A stretch of DNA of 64,000 nt. Origin: Nitrosopumilus sp. GTDB taxonomy: Archaea; Thermoproteota; Nitrososphaeria; Nitrososphaerales; Nitrosopumilaceae. Under the pieces are notes generated by a model that saw nothing but the letters and a program-made list of their open reading frames with translations, had not been told where the DNA came from and ran no database searches. Positions 51,021-60,434 of the stretch are shown here, piece after piece; position 1 is the stretch's first letter, and each line of letters opens with the position of its first letter. A program made the translations under genes and the position numbers. The stretch is taken from contig CBDBGZ010000009.1 of the NCBI GenBank assembly GCA_965205425.1, positions 384,001-448,000 on the forward strand, given 5' to 3'.

Positions 51021-53237
51021 TTGTTGAATGCATGGGCAATACTATTACTTGTAGTTGCATTGCTGATCCCAAGTAGCATATTTGCACAATCAGAATCAAA
51101 TGAAAAACAACAATTAATTTCAAAACTTGCCGATGATAGTGACATTTTGAATGTAATTCTAAAATTTGAATTATCACGGATTGACAAAATAAAATCATTC
51201 GATGATGTTGATTCTATATTGCATATTTTACAGGAAATTTCTTTTCTTGAAAATCTTGATGAATCAAAATATTTTCCTATACAACATGAGTGGGAAACAA
51301 CAAAACGTGATCTGAAAATACAAAGCAACATAACAGATTTGCTATCTTTTAAAGAAAAAATCCATCAAATTTACGATGCAGTATTTTTGATACAATTATC
51401 TGAAAATATCACTAAAAGAATATCTGACACAGAAAATTTACCACATTTAAAATCTATTTTGAAATCAAAATGGAATTCTGTTAAATCTGGTCTTGCAAAT
51501 GCAAAATCAACTGATGATGTACTAAAACACAAATTAGAAATTGGATACACAGAAAAAATTCTGGATTCAGGATTGAGACTGTATGATAAAACAAATTATT
51601 TAAAAGCAAATCAACTAATTGATCCAACTATTACCCATACTTGGTCTTTATTTCTAAACAGCATTAGTGAGTCTACATCAATTACTAGTGCACATTCTCA
51701 TCTCACAGAATATATAAAAAAATTCTCTGAAATTGAAAATAAACTAATTGCAAAATCTGAATCAGAATACAAAAAACACATTAAAAATTCACAAAACCTT
51801 GGATTATCTGAGCAAACAAAAGAAATCAATAAAATTCTTGACAGTTTACACATGGCCAAAAGCATAAAATCAAACAAAAATCCTTTTGATAATTCTAATG
51901 ATGAAATAATAAACCACATTCTCTACAAATCAGGAACAAAATTCTCTGAAATTGATTCTAAAATCAAGTATTATCATAGTGATGAATATCAAAAAAATCA
52001 AGATGAATTAAAGGAAAAATCACTTCAACTACAAAAAATAATTGATGACACTTATGATGAAATACCTGTATATCATGACATATTATACAAGATTGAAAAT
52101 CGTCTTTCTTACTCTAAAACACTTGATCCTATAGAACTAGAAAAAACTCAACATCTAACTAGTGCCTTGTTTTTTGAGCTAGAAAATCTATACAGAGAAT
52201 ACAAATTTGTAAAAAATTATTCCCCAATATACGAGTCTGATCAACTATCTGCAATTGATAAAAAAACCATTTATTTTGAATTACTAGATGATATTCTAAA
52301 AATATTAGATACGTATGATGATTCTCGTTTTGATCAATACCGTAAAGAATTTTATTTAATGATAGAGGATGCACAAAAATCAATTGAGATCGGCAGTTTC
52401 AAATTGGGGCATGAAAAAACATATGATGCTTTAAAATTTCTAAAAAACAATCTACTAGAGGATGATCCAAGAATAATTTTTAATGTGTCCTTTGACGATT
52501 CTCAAAATCTCTGGGACATTGATGGAGGAGTGTACAAACATTCATTTAATTCAAGAGGCAAAATGTCTTTTGTACTGTATGATGTTGATGGTAACAACAT
52601 TGGTGAGTTGGATTTTCTTAATACAAAACATGGTGAATTCAAAGTCTTATGGCACAAAGATGTATCTCCTGGGTTATACATTGCAAAGATAAGCCATGGC
52701 AATTCCCATGATTATCAGATAATAAGTATACAAAATGAACATGGAACAAAGTTTAGTCAAAAGGAAATTGAAATAATGAGTTTTGCATCGCAATATGAAA
52801 AACTAGAAAACTTTTTGCATGTATTTGGTGGTGATAATTACAAACAATATGATTCTAAATTTACATCAATAATCCAAACAATTCAGAGCAAGCTTAAAGA
52901 GGGAACAACCTCAGATGTTCAGAAAAACATAGACGAATTAAAAAAAGTCACTCAAAGGTATATCCCCATTCATTCCACTGATGCAATTATTGAGGCAGAT
53001 AATGTGCATGGCATGATTTCAATATCTGGCAAGGTTTCAAAATTAATTGATTTTCGAGAGGCACTGTTTATCTCTATATTTGATGAGAATGGAAAACGAA
53101 TTTATGAAAAAATAATTTATGATGACTCTAAGGGCAATTTTGAGTTTTTGTTGGTAAAGCCTGCTCAAAGCGGACTAGTAGTAGTACAATTAGAGTATCA
53201 TGATTTTGTTGCAACAGACATAATTTCAATTACATAG
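51021..53237 (+). CDS. Large secreted protein, helical N-terminal region and two Ig-like C-terminal domains
   Basis: 738-aa ORF with signal peptide; beta-rich segments near C-terminus. Confidence 0.75.
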   Translation: MLNAWAILLLVVALLIPSSIFAQSESNEKQQLISKLADDSDILNVILKFELSRIDKIKSFDDVDSILHILQEISFLENLDESKYFPIQHEWETTKRDLKIQSNITDLLSFKEKIHQIYDAVFLIQLSENITKRISDTENLPHLKSILKSKWNSVKSGLANAKSTDDVLKHKLEIGYTEKILDSGLRLYDKTNYLKANQLIDPTITHTWSLFLNSISESTSITSAHSHLTEYIKKFSEIENKLIAKSESEYKKHIKNSQNLGLSEQTKEINKILDSLHMAKSIKSNKNPFDNSNDEIINHILYKSGTKFSEIDSKIKYYHSDEYQKNQDELKEKSLQLQKIIDDTYDEIPVYHDILYKIENRLSYSKTLDPIELEKTQHLTSALFFELENLYREYKFVKNYSPIYESDQLSAIDKKTIYFELLDDILKILDTYDDSRFDQYRKEFYLMIEDAQKSIEIGSFKLGHEKTYDALKFLKNNLLEDDPRIIFNVSFDDSQNLWDIDGGVYKHSFNSRGKMSFVLYDVDGNNIGELDFLNTKHGEFKVLWHKDVSPGLYIAKISHGNSHDYQIISIQNEHGTKFSQKEIEIMSFASQYEKLENFLHVFGGDNYKQYDSKFTSIIQTIQSKLKEGTTSDVQKNIDELKKVTQRYIPIHSTDAIIEADNVHGMISISGKVSKLIDFREALFISIFDENGKRIYEKIIYDDSKGNFEFLLVKPAQSGLVVVQLEYHDFVATDIISIT

Positions 53238-53241
53238 TTTT

Positions 53242-53297
53242 CCAAGAAAGGTTCCAGCCTTTTTGGGATTGAACCTATGAGTAGAACGCTTTATGAA
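53242..53297 (+). promoter_or_regulatory. Motif A copy upstream of serpin gene
   Basis: CCAAGAAAGGTTCCAGCC...TTGAACC...TAGAACGCTTTATGAA. Confidence 0.6.
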
Positions 53298-53320
53298 GAT
53301 CTTGTCTGAACAAAAAGAAA

Positions 53321-54952
53321 ATGAACAAGATTTTTCCAATTTTATTAGTAGTTTTAATTTCAGGAACTCTTCTTGCAACCACTGTACATGCAGGAGGACC
53401 ATCTCTGAAGATGCAAAAAGAATGGGGATATGATTCTGATGAATTTGGTTGCTGGTATGAAGCTAGTGTATTAGTTGAAAGACCAAATGGTGATTTTGCC
53501 TGTGTTTATCCTCAAACTGCTGAGACATTAAATCTGCGTGGATGGATTATTCTAGTATCTAATATTGTGAATCCAGATGAACCCAAAATTTCAACTCTTT
53601 ACATTGACTCTAAACTTGTCGATTGTGTTGGTGTAGCTCCACAACAATGTATGTTAGTTAGAGAAAATTCTGATGATGAATGGGGGATGTTTTATGGAAA
53701 CATTGATGGATTTGAATATCAAGAAGGAACCGAATACAAAATTAATGTAGAAATTACTGAAATTGATAATCCACCAGCTGATGCTTCTTCTTTAAAATAT
53801 ACTTTAACAAATATTCTAAAATCTTCCAAAGTATTACCTTCTGTTGACATATCTCATACTGTAAATGCAAATAATCAATTTGCACTTGATTTCTATTCTG
53901 ATGTTTCTCAAGATGATGATGATAATGTTTTCTTCTCACCTTGGAGTATTTCTACAGCAGCAGCTATAGTCTATGAAGGAGCAAGAGAAAATACTGCTGA
54001 TCAAATGCAACAAGTATTTGATTTTTCATCGGATTCTTCAACTAGACAATTAGAGTTTCAATATGCTAACTATCTTCTAAATCAAATCAATTCTGAATAT
54101 CGACTAGATGTTGCAAATGGATTGTGGATTCAAGAAGGATTTAACCCACATCCAGAATATGTCGAAATTGCTAGTACATTTTATGACAGTAAAGTCGAAA
54201 CTGTTGATTTTGAAACTAACGGTGTAGATGTAATTAATGAATGGGTGTCTGAGAAAACTCAAGAAAAAATCACAGAATTATTTCCACCAGGACCAAGACC
54301 TGACACAAAACTAGGAATCACAAATGCCATTTACTTTAATGGAACATGGGTATATCCATTTGATGTTGAAAATACTCGAGATGCTCCATTTTGGATAACT
54401 CCTGATGAAAGTATCGATGTTCCAATGATGAATCTTGGAACAAAATATTTGAATTCTACATGGACAGAAGATTTGCAAATTGTACAGCTTCCGTACAAGG
54501 GAGACAAACTATCAATGCTAATTATTTTGCCTCATGAAAAAGATGGTTTGTCATCAATTGAAGAAAATCTTTCTGCAGAAACTCTTGATACTTGGCAAAA
54601 TTCCCTTTACAGCAGCAAAACTCATGTATCTATTCCAAAATTTGAATTAGAAACTGATTATGGATTAAATCCCATTTTGAAAAACCTTGGAATGGTTGAT
54701 GCCTTTGATCCAATTGCAGCAGATTTTTCTGGAATGTCTAATTCGCAATTATTTGTAAGCGAGGCAGTTCACAAAGCATTTGTCAATGTAAATGAAAAAG
54801 GAACCGAAGCTGCAGCAGCTACTGGATTCTGGATGACTTTAGAATCTGCACCTATGCCAATAATAGCTGATCATCCATTTCTATTTGTGATTCAAGATGA
54901 CACTACTGGAAATATTCTCTTTATCGGACGAGTCACAAATCCATCAGAATAA
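53321..54952 (+). CDS. Secreted serpin with N-terminal Cys motif and DUF4377-like domain
   Basis: [28 protein letters not shown] hinge, [20 protein letters not shown]...[10 protein letters not shown]. Confidence 0.93.
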   Translation: MNKIFPILLVVLISGTLLATTVHAGGPSLKMQKEWGYDSDEFGCWYEASVLVERPNGDFACVYPQTAETLNLRGWIILVSNIVNPDEPKISTLYIDSKLVDCVGVAPQQCMLVRENSDDEWGMFYGNIDGFEYQEGTEYKINVEITEIDNPPADASSLKYTLTNILKSSKVLPSVDISHTVNANNQFALDFYSDVSQDDDDNVFFSPWSISTAAAIVYEGARENTADQMQQVFDFSSDSSTRQLEFQYANYLLNQINSEYRLDVANGLWIQEGFNPHPEYVEIASTFYDSKVETVDFETNGVDVINEWVSEKTQEKITELFPPGPRPDTKLGITNAIYFNGTWVYPFDVENTRDAPFWITPDESIDVPMMNLGTKYLNSTWTEDLQIVQLPYKGDKLSMLIILPHEKDGLSSIEENLSAETLDTWQNSLYSSKTHVSIPKFELETDYGLNPILKNLGMVDAFDPIAADFSGMSNSQLFVSEAVHKAFVNVNEKGTEAAAATGFWMTLESAPMPIIADHPFLFVIQDDTTGNILFIGRVTNPSE

Positions 54953-54954
54953 TT

Positions 54955-54977
54955 TGCGTCTATTTTGAACCCCAAAA
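54955..54977 (+). repeat. Boundary motif B, copy 4
   Basis: TGCGTC-tattttgaa-CCCCAAAA, 2 bp after stop; half copy TACGCC-tattttgaa at 55006-55020. Confidence 0.65.
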
Positions 54978-54985
54978 CAGTAGGT

Positions 54986-55002
54986 GAATCCCCGTGGGCC
55001 CA
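54986..55002 (+). other. tRNA 3'-end-like fragment (att-site remnant)
   Basis: GAATCCCCGTGGGCCCA resembles T-loop 3' half, T stem and acceptor of archaeal tRNA-Ile-type genes. Confidence 0.45.
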
Positions 55003-55041
55003 TTTTACGCCTATTTTGAATGTGAACATGAAGAAAATAGT

Positions 55042-55221
55042 CTAAAAACTATCTAATCCAATAATAAATGCAATTAGAAATCCTGCAACTGTAGCTAATG
55101 AAATATGATATCCTCCACTTTCATATGCTTCAGGCATCATAGTTTCTGCAAGCATATCTAGTATTGCTCCACCAGCAATACCTAATGTTATTGCGATTAC
55201 TTCAGGACCAAGTTGAGCTAT
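55042..55221 (-). pseudogene. C-terminal fragment of ZIP/ZupT-like transporter
   Basis: GIAGGAILDMLAETMMPEAY...VAGFLIAF; truncated at IS630 end. Confidence 0.75.
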
Positions 55222-55223
55222 TA

Positions 55224-56306
55224 TAGCGACGATCAAAAGTTCGCAAACATCTTTGCAGGATTTCTAAAGATATAATTTGCAACATCAAGCTTGAATTTTG
55301 TCACTCTGAAATATTTTGACACTGCCTTGTTCATTATTGTAAACATTGCATAATACTCTGAAACCAACAATGCATATTTGCTTATCTTCCAGCACTGCTC
55401 TATCATGTTCAAGTATGGTGATCCCTTTGGCAACCAGATTAGTTTGACATCTCTATTGTTTGCAAGGTATTCCTTTACCTTCTTTGATTTGTGAACTGAT
55501 GCTCTATCCAGCATGATTGCAATTTTGCCGTATTTCCAGTGTAACTCTTTTAGATATTCTACAAATGTTACAGCATTGAATTTGTCATAAACTCTAAACA
55601 GTTGATTGCCATTTTCTGTAATTGTACCATACACTGCCAGACTCTCATGTCGTCCTGTATATGGAAGAAATATTCTCTTGGCAACTGGTGACCAGTACTT
55701 TTTTCCTGTTTTTGTATCCCTTACAAAGAATGCTTCATCAGCCATTGCAATGACAAATCCTTTCTTTTTTAGGCGTGAAATTCTCTTTTTGATGCGTTGT
55801 TGCCAGCTTCTCACAGCAGATATACTTGCATGGTTGATGTGATATTTTTGTGCAGTTTTTGCAGACATGCCGTATTGGTGCATTATCTTTCTGATGTGGG
55901 TTATGTGAAATTTTACTCCAGTGGAATAAAAGATACTTTGTTGCAACATTATGGGGGTAAACAAAGTTAGCATTGCTTTTGACATGATAGCATCCATTCG
56001 AGTCTGGGAGATTGTTCTTGGCCTGCCACTTCTTGGGTGGTCGTAGAGGCCATCTATCTCAAAACGACTCGTCCATTTTCTCACCCAGCTTGTGCAGTGG
56101 TGTAATGTCTTTGCAGTGCACTGTATGTCCTTTCCATCCTTTAGAATCATCAACACTGCAAGCATCCTTACTGCAACCTTGGAGTTTTCTTTTTTGTATG
56201 CTGCTTTCAAGTGATTCTAACTTGTTCATCAAATTTTACCATACATAGTGATCAAAAAGTTTTTTGTTTTGGAATAATTTAGTTCACGAACTTTATCTTT
56301 TCGCTA
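55224..56306 (-). mobile_element. IS630-family element, full length (transposase 55233-56210, +1 frameshift near start)
   Basis: TA-flanked imperfect TIRs TAGCGA...AAAGTTCG; ADEA, LDRASVH, SPYLNMIE. Confidence 0.92.
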
Positions 56307-56584
56307 TAAAAGACAGCTTTTTGAACTTATTTTGTTTTTGTATGTATTTAGCAAGTATTGTTGATTTTTCTCAAAAATGGACTCAGTTGATATGATTTGC
56401 CCTTCTTGAATTTCATAGAATATTTTTTTAGTTTATCTGGTATGGTTTTATCCATTATTTTTGACATTACGATGTAATCAAATGCAGGTTTTACCATGAG
56501 ATACAATGTTTATTATAGTAAATAAATAACGTGAAAAATACTTATCAAAAGACCATTTAATGGAAAAATATAGTATTTAACAAG

Positions 56585-57706
56585 ATGGATGATTTTTCTC
56601 AGGAAGATGTTACAAAATGTGTAAATTCAATATTCAAAGTAACAGAGTTTACAAAAACAGAATACACATTAGAATACAAAATATCAGATAAGGAATTTAA
56701 ATCAAAATTTGAAGATTTGGCGAGAAGATTAGAAGATGAGAACTATATCTGCAAAATTGAAGAAATTGAAGGTGAATTAATTGTGATGATCCAAAAGTTT
56801 ACACAGAAAAAAAGATGGTGGTTAAATTCAACTTGGACACCTAGAATCTTGTTTGCAATAGTAATTGGTTTTGTCATGTTCGATGGATATGGTAGAACTG
56901 TGGATCTTAACAATATCATGAATTTAGGTAAACCCTTGGAAATGGCGATGATTTACACTATTTCGTTAATGGGGATTTTAGGAATACATGAACTTGGTCA
57001 CATGATTGCGGTTAAAAAACACAGATTAAAAACAACATGGCCATTTTTTATTCCAGGAATACCAACAATTACAATATTTCCAACATTTGGAGCGTTTATT
57101 CAATCACGAGGATTAACAATTAATCGACAAATTTTGTTTGATATTGCAATTGCAGGTCCAATTGCAGGATTAATTATTACAATTATTGTTGCACTGTATG
57201 GAGCATATTCTGCACCGCTTCTAGAATTAGAAACAATAGAAAGACTCTATGATGAAGGAGTAGTATCAGATTTTCCATTTGGAGAGCCATTACTTTTGAA
57301 AGGAGCATTTGCATTGTTTGGTAAAGGAGATGTTGGAAATCAGGTAATAATAACTCCTGTTTTGTGGGCATCATGGATTGGATTTTTTATTACATTTTTG
57401 AATTTAATGCCAGCATGGCAATTAGACGGAGGTCACATGGCAAGAACAGTATTTGGTCCTAGATGGCACAAGTATACCACATATGCTAGTTTTATTGTTT
57501 TGGCAGTTATAGGATTTGAATTTGCTGCATTAATTTTTTATTTTTTGAGTAGACGAAATTTTAGTGCATTTCCTTTAGACGATATTTCACCATTATCAAA
57601 GAATAGAAAATTTGCATACGTTGGAATTATTCTATTAGCAATATTGTGTATACCCATACCAGAAAATATCTGCGTTCCAATATTGAGAACTATATGTATT
57701 TTTTAA
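56585..57706 (+). CDS. Site-2 protease (M50 family)
   Basis: HELGH, AGP, NLMPAWQLDGGH. Confidence 0.93.
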   Translation: MDDFSQEDVTKCVNSIFKVTEFTKTEYTLEYKISDKEFKSKFEDLARRLEDENYICKIEEIEGELIVMIQKFTQKKRWWLNSTWTPRILFAIVIGFVMFDGYGRTVDLNNIMNLGKPLEMAMIYTISLMGILGIHELGHMIAVKKHRLKTTWPFFIPGIPTITIFPTFGAFIQSRGLTINRQILFDIAIAGPIAGLIITIIVALYGAYSAPLLELETIERLYDEGVVSDFPFGEPLLLKGAFALFGKGDVGNQVIITPVLWASWIGFFITFLNLMPAWQLDGGHMARTVFGPRWHKYTTYASFIVLAVIGFEFAALIFYFLSRRNFSAFPLDDISPLSKNRKFAYVGIILLAILCIPIPENICVPILRTICIF

Positions 57707-57708
57707 GA

Positions 57709-58791
57709 TCATCTTAACAATAATCTTGCACCATCTGTAACAACTGCAACTTTTTGTCGTACTCCTTGTGTTTTAAGAATATAATCCATAGAATATTTTA
57801 TTCCCTGCATAGAAATCATATTAAGTTTCTTAGCATAAAATTCAGGTAATATTGATACTAGTCCTATCTGGAAATTTTTTTGGATTTCTGAAAGGAATAG
57901 TAAATCTTCCATACCGTTAATGTATGTAGTAGGATTTCGTAATTGTTCTAGAGTTAATCTATCTTCAATATATTGTTGAAGTGCATCAGAGCCTAATCCA
58001 CCTTTACATTCAGCAACTAAAATAGCCAGACCATCTTTTTTGATAGCATTAGAGCAATTCCAAAGTGATGAAAAAGAGTTACCCAGATTATCATTACTTG
58101 CATCTTTTCCAGTACTTATCACCATTGTTTTATGTTGACCAATATCCTTAATGGAATTAGATTCAAGAATTTTTGTTGAAGAAATAGTTTCAGAAGGATG
58201 TGCAATTGAAAAATCTATAATTCCTTCAGAATTTGCAACAATTTCAATCCCTTGAATTTCAAAATTATCTGAAAATTTCTTGGCTTCAGTTAAACTTTCA
58301 GTGTATTGCCCAGGAGTAGGAAGATTTCCTTGTCTTTTTGCATATGCTGAAAGCATAGATTCCTGACCAAATTTTTTGATTAGACGTGTAGCTATAGTTT
58401 CATATCCAAATAATCCATTAAATTCCATCTCCCCCATAAATACAAGATTTGAATTAGAAATATCTACATCATCAAATTCGTTAATTGAACTACCTTCAGG
58501 TAATCCAGATTTTACTAAATTTAGAATTTTTTTATCAGTTAATATTTTTGGAAATGGTTTTGATTTTTGTTCACATAGTGTAAACAATGAAGAGATAATT
58601 TTTAAAATAGATTTAGAATTATGTAACACTACTAATTCCATCGGTTTTGACAAATCAAGTGAGTTTAGTTTTTCGTTGATCGCTGAATCATCTAAAATTT
58701 TACCCTCGGAATCAATTTTTTGCTCCAGATTTTCAGCCTTTATATCCAAAACCACGTCAGTGATTCCATAATTTAACCAGATTTCAGGCAT
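57709..58791 (-). CDS. Divergent LarA/DUF2088-like protein
   Basis: IWLNYG N-terminus; DGLAILVAECKGGLGS resembles LarA C-terminal domain. Confidence 0.55.
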   Translation of the reverse strand: MPEIWLNYGITDVVLDIKAENLEQKIDSEGKILDDSAINEKLNSLDLSKPMELVVLHNSKSILKIISSLFTLCEQKSKPFPKILTDKKILNLVKSGLPEGSSINEFDDVDISNSNLVFMGEMEFNGLFGYETIATRLIKKFGQESMLSAYAKRQGNLPTPGQYTESLTEAKKFSDNFEIQGIEIVANSEGIIDFSIAHPSETISSTKILESNSIKDIGQHKTMVISTGKDASNDNLGNSFSSLWNCSNAIKKDGLAILVAECKGGLGSDALQQYIEDRLTLEQLRNPTTYINGMEDLLFLSEIQKNFQIGLVSILPEFYAKKLNMISMQGIKYSMDYILKTQGVRQKVAVVTDGARLLLR

Positions 58792-58841
58792 AATTAATCC
58801 TCAATACAAAACAAAATAAATCCAGTGTAGTTAACTTTTGT

Positions 58842-59447
58842 ATGGAATTTGTAAAAGAGTTTGCAACCTTTTTGCATCAAAAAGGCATCATAAAATTTGG
58901 GGACTTTACACTAGCCAGTGGAAAAAAGAGTTCGTATTATGTAGATTTAAGATTGGTTCCGAGTTATCCTCTTGAATTTAGAAAGATGATAAAATATCTT
59001 GAAAATGAAATTGGTCATGGTATTGGATTAGACAATTTTGAATCAATTGTTTCAGTTCCAACTGGGGGATTAGTAATTGCATCAGCATTAGCAATTGAAA
59101 CTGTAAAACCTCTAATCTATGTTAGAAGCAAGCCAAAAGATTATGGAACATCAAAATCAGTTGAAGGGAAAATTCATGATGGAATGAAAGTAGTTATGAT
59201 AGATGATGTTGCAACTACAGGGGGTTCAGTTGTTAATGCAATTAAATCTCTGAAGGAAGTTAACATTCCAGTAAAAGACGCATATGTCATTGTAAATAGA
59301 ATGGAAGGAGCTGACGAAGCATTATTAGAATTAGGTGTAAAAATGCATTCAATTCTAAATATCTTACAAATCACTGAAGTCTTATTTGAACAAAATCTAA
59401 TTGATGTAGATGTTTTAGAAAAAGTGAAAAAACAAATCAACAAGTAA
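58842..59447 (+). CDS. pyrE: Orotate phosphoribosyltransferase
   Basis: FTLASGKKSSYYVD, IDDVATTGGS. Confidence 0.95.
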   Translation: MEFVKEFATFLHQKGIIKFGDFTLASGKKSSYYVDLRLVPSYPLEFRKMIKYLENEIGHGIGLDNFESIVSVPTGGLVIASALAIETVKPLIYVRSKPKDYGTSKSVEGKIHDGMKVVMIDDVATTGGSVVNAIKSLKEVNIPVKDAYVIVNRMEGADEALLELGVKMHSILNILQITEVLFEQNLIDVDVLEKVKKQINK

Positions 59448-59654
59448 ATTTTGGCAGCTCAGTCAAATGCCTTCCAATCATCAATTCAGATATAACTCTG
59501 ATTCTTCATTGCGGCCAAATAATTTTTAATATGCTCATTTTAAAACTAATGGGCATTTTTTGCCTAATAATTTTATTTTATCTTAAAAACCTAGTTTTCA
59601 TTTTCTATTTAACAATACAATCATAAATTTTCTAAAAAAATAGATGGAGAAGAT

Positions 59655-60134
59655 CTAGGCAGAATCTAGATCATCTTGTGGCGTATTTATCACCTTGAAG
59701 ATTTTGACAGTATAGTCGCCTTCAAAAAAATGGGTGACAGCGCCTTCATCTACTGACAATACTCGAAACCTGTATTCAAAAGAATCATCGCCTTTCAGAT
59801 TTACCTGTGCAACATGAATAGGATCTTCTTCAATTGATTTGAAGAATTGGATAATTACAGGGTATCCTTGAGACGGATCATTAACTTTGCCTTTAACAGT
59901 ACCCCATGGCAATGTATTGTTTTCAGGTACACTCATTGAAGTAACTGTTTTTTCAAGACTTATCTCATCATCTAATTTCAACACAGTAGTTTGAGATTTT
60001 TCTGCAAACACGGGTACGTCCAATAAAAAAATAGACATGCTCAACATCATTCCAAAAAAACAGAACGTTGCTAAGCTTTTTGTGTTTCTTGTGTTACAAG
60101 TTTGCAAGATATCGGATGTAGAAATTTTACTCAT
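59655..60134 (-). CDS. Secreted single Ig-like domain protein
   Basis: Hydrophobic signal segment, GYPVIIQF...FEGDYTVKIF. Confidence 0.7.
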   Translation of the reverse strand: MSKISTSDILQTCNTRNTKSLATFCFFGMMLSMSIFLLDVPVFAEKSQTTVLKLDDEISLEKTVTSMSVPENNTLPWGTVKGKVNDPSQGYPVIIQFFKSIEEDPIHVAQVNLKGDDSFEYRFRVLSVDEGAVTHFFEGDYTVKIFKVINTPQDDLDSA

Positions 60135-60325
60135 GCTGATGAATCACATCCAAATTTTTGATGACCTCTTCTTGACTTATTTTGATGTGCAGTCAAATTG
60201 CTAGAAATTATAGTATTCTTGCAAAAAGAGTCCAACGTGTTGGCATCATTAATTTTTTCTATTGGATTCCACTGCGAAGATGAAAATCCACCTCTAGAAA
60301 AAAATCTGCTGTCCAAAGGTTTCAT
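60131..60325 (-). CDS. Small coupled ORF (64 aa)
   Basis: ATGA overlaps at both ends; GAGGAG upstream. Confidence 0.45.
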   Translation of the reverse strand: MKPLDSRFFSRGGFSSSQWNPIEKINDANTLDSFCKNTIISSNLTAHQNKSRRGHQKFGCDSSA

Positions 60326-60432
60326 TTAATCATCTCCTCAACATGATTTTGTAGATGCAGCTGTTCAAGACGACAAACCATCATACTACATACAATCAGA
60401 TTATGATTGGGGAGAATAGATTGTACAGGCAT
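60322..60432 (-). CDS. Small coupled ORF (36 aa)
   Basis: MPVQSILPNHNLIVCSMMVCRLEQLHLQNHVEEMIK; GAGGAG upstream; stop overlaps next ATG. Confidence 0.4.
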   Translation of the reverse strand: MPVQSILPNHNLIVCSMMVCRLEQLHLQNHVEEMIK

Positions 60433-60434
60433 TT

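Larger units (their letters stand above)
41911..56562. mobile_element. Accessory genomic island bounded by 11-bp direct repeat ACCATTTAATG
   Basis: Repeat at 41911-41921 and 56552-56562; imperfect inner inverted repeats; IS-rich cargo between housekeeping genes. Confidence 0.6.

Noticed and set aside
46635..55020. Classical integron attC sites
   Set aside because: No RYYYAAC/GTTRRRY ends, no long hairpins and no IntI gene in the window.
56309..56467. 5' half of the ZIP gene beyond IS630
   Set aside because: The translation is hydrophilic and unrelated to ZIP; at most an unidentifiable gene remnant.
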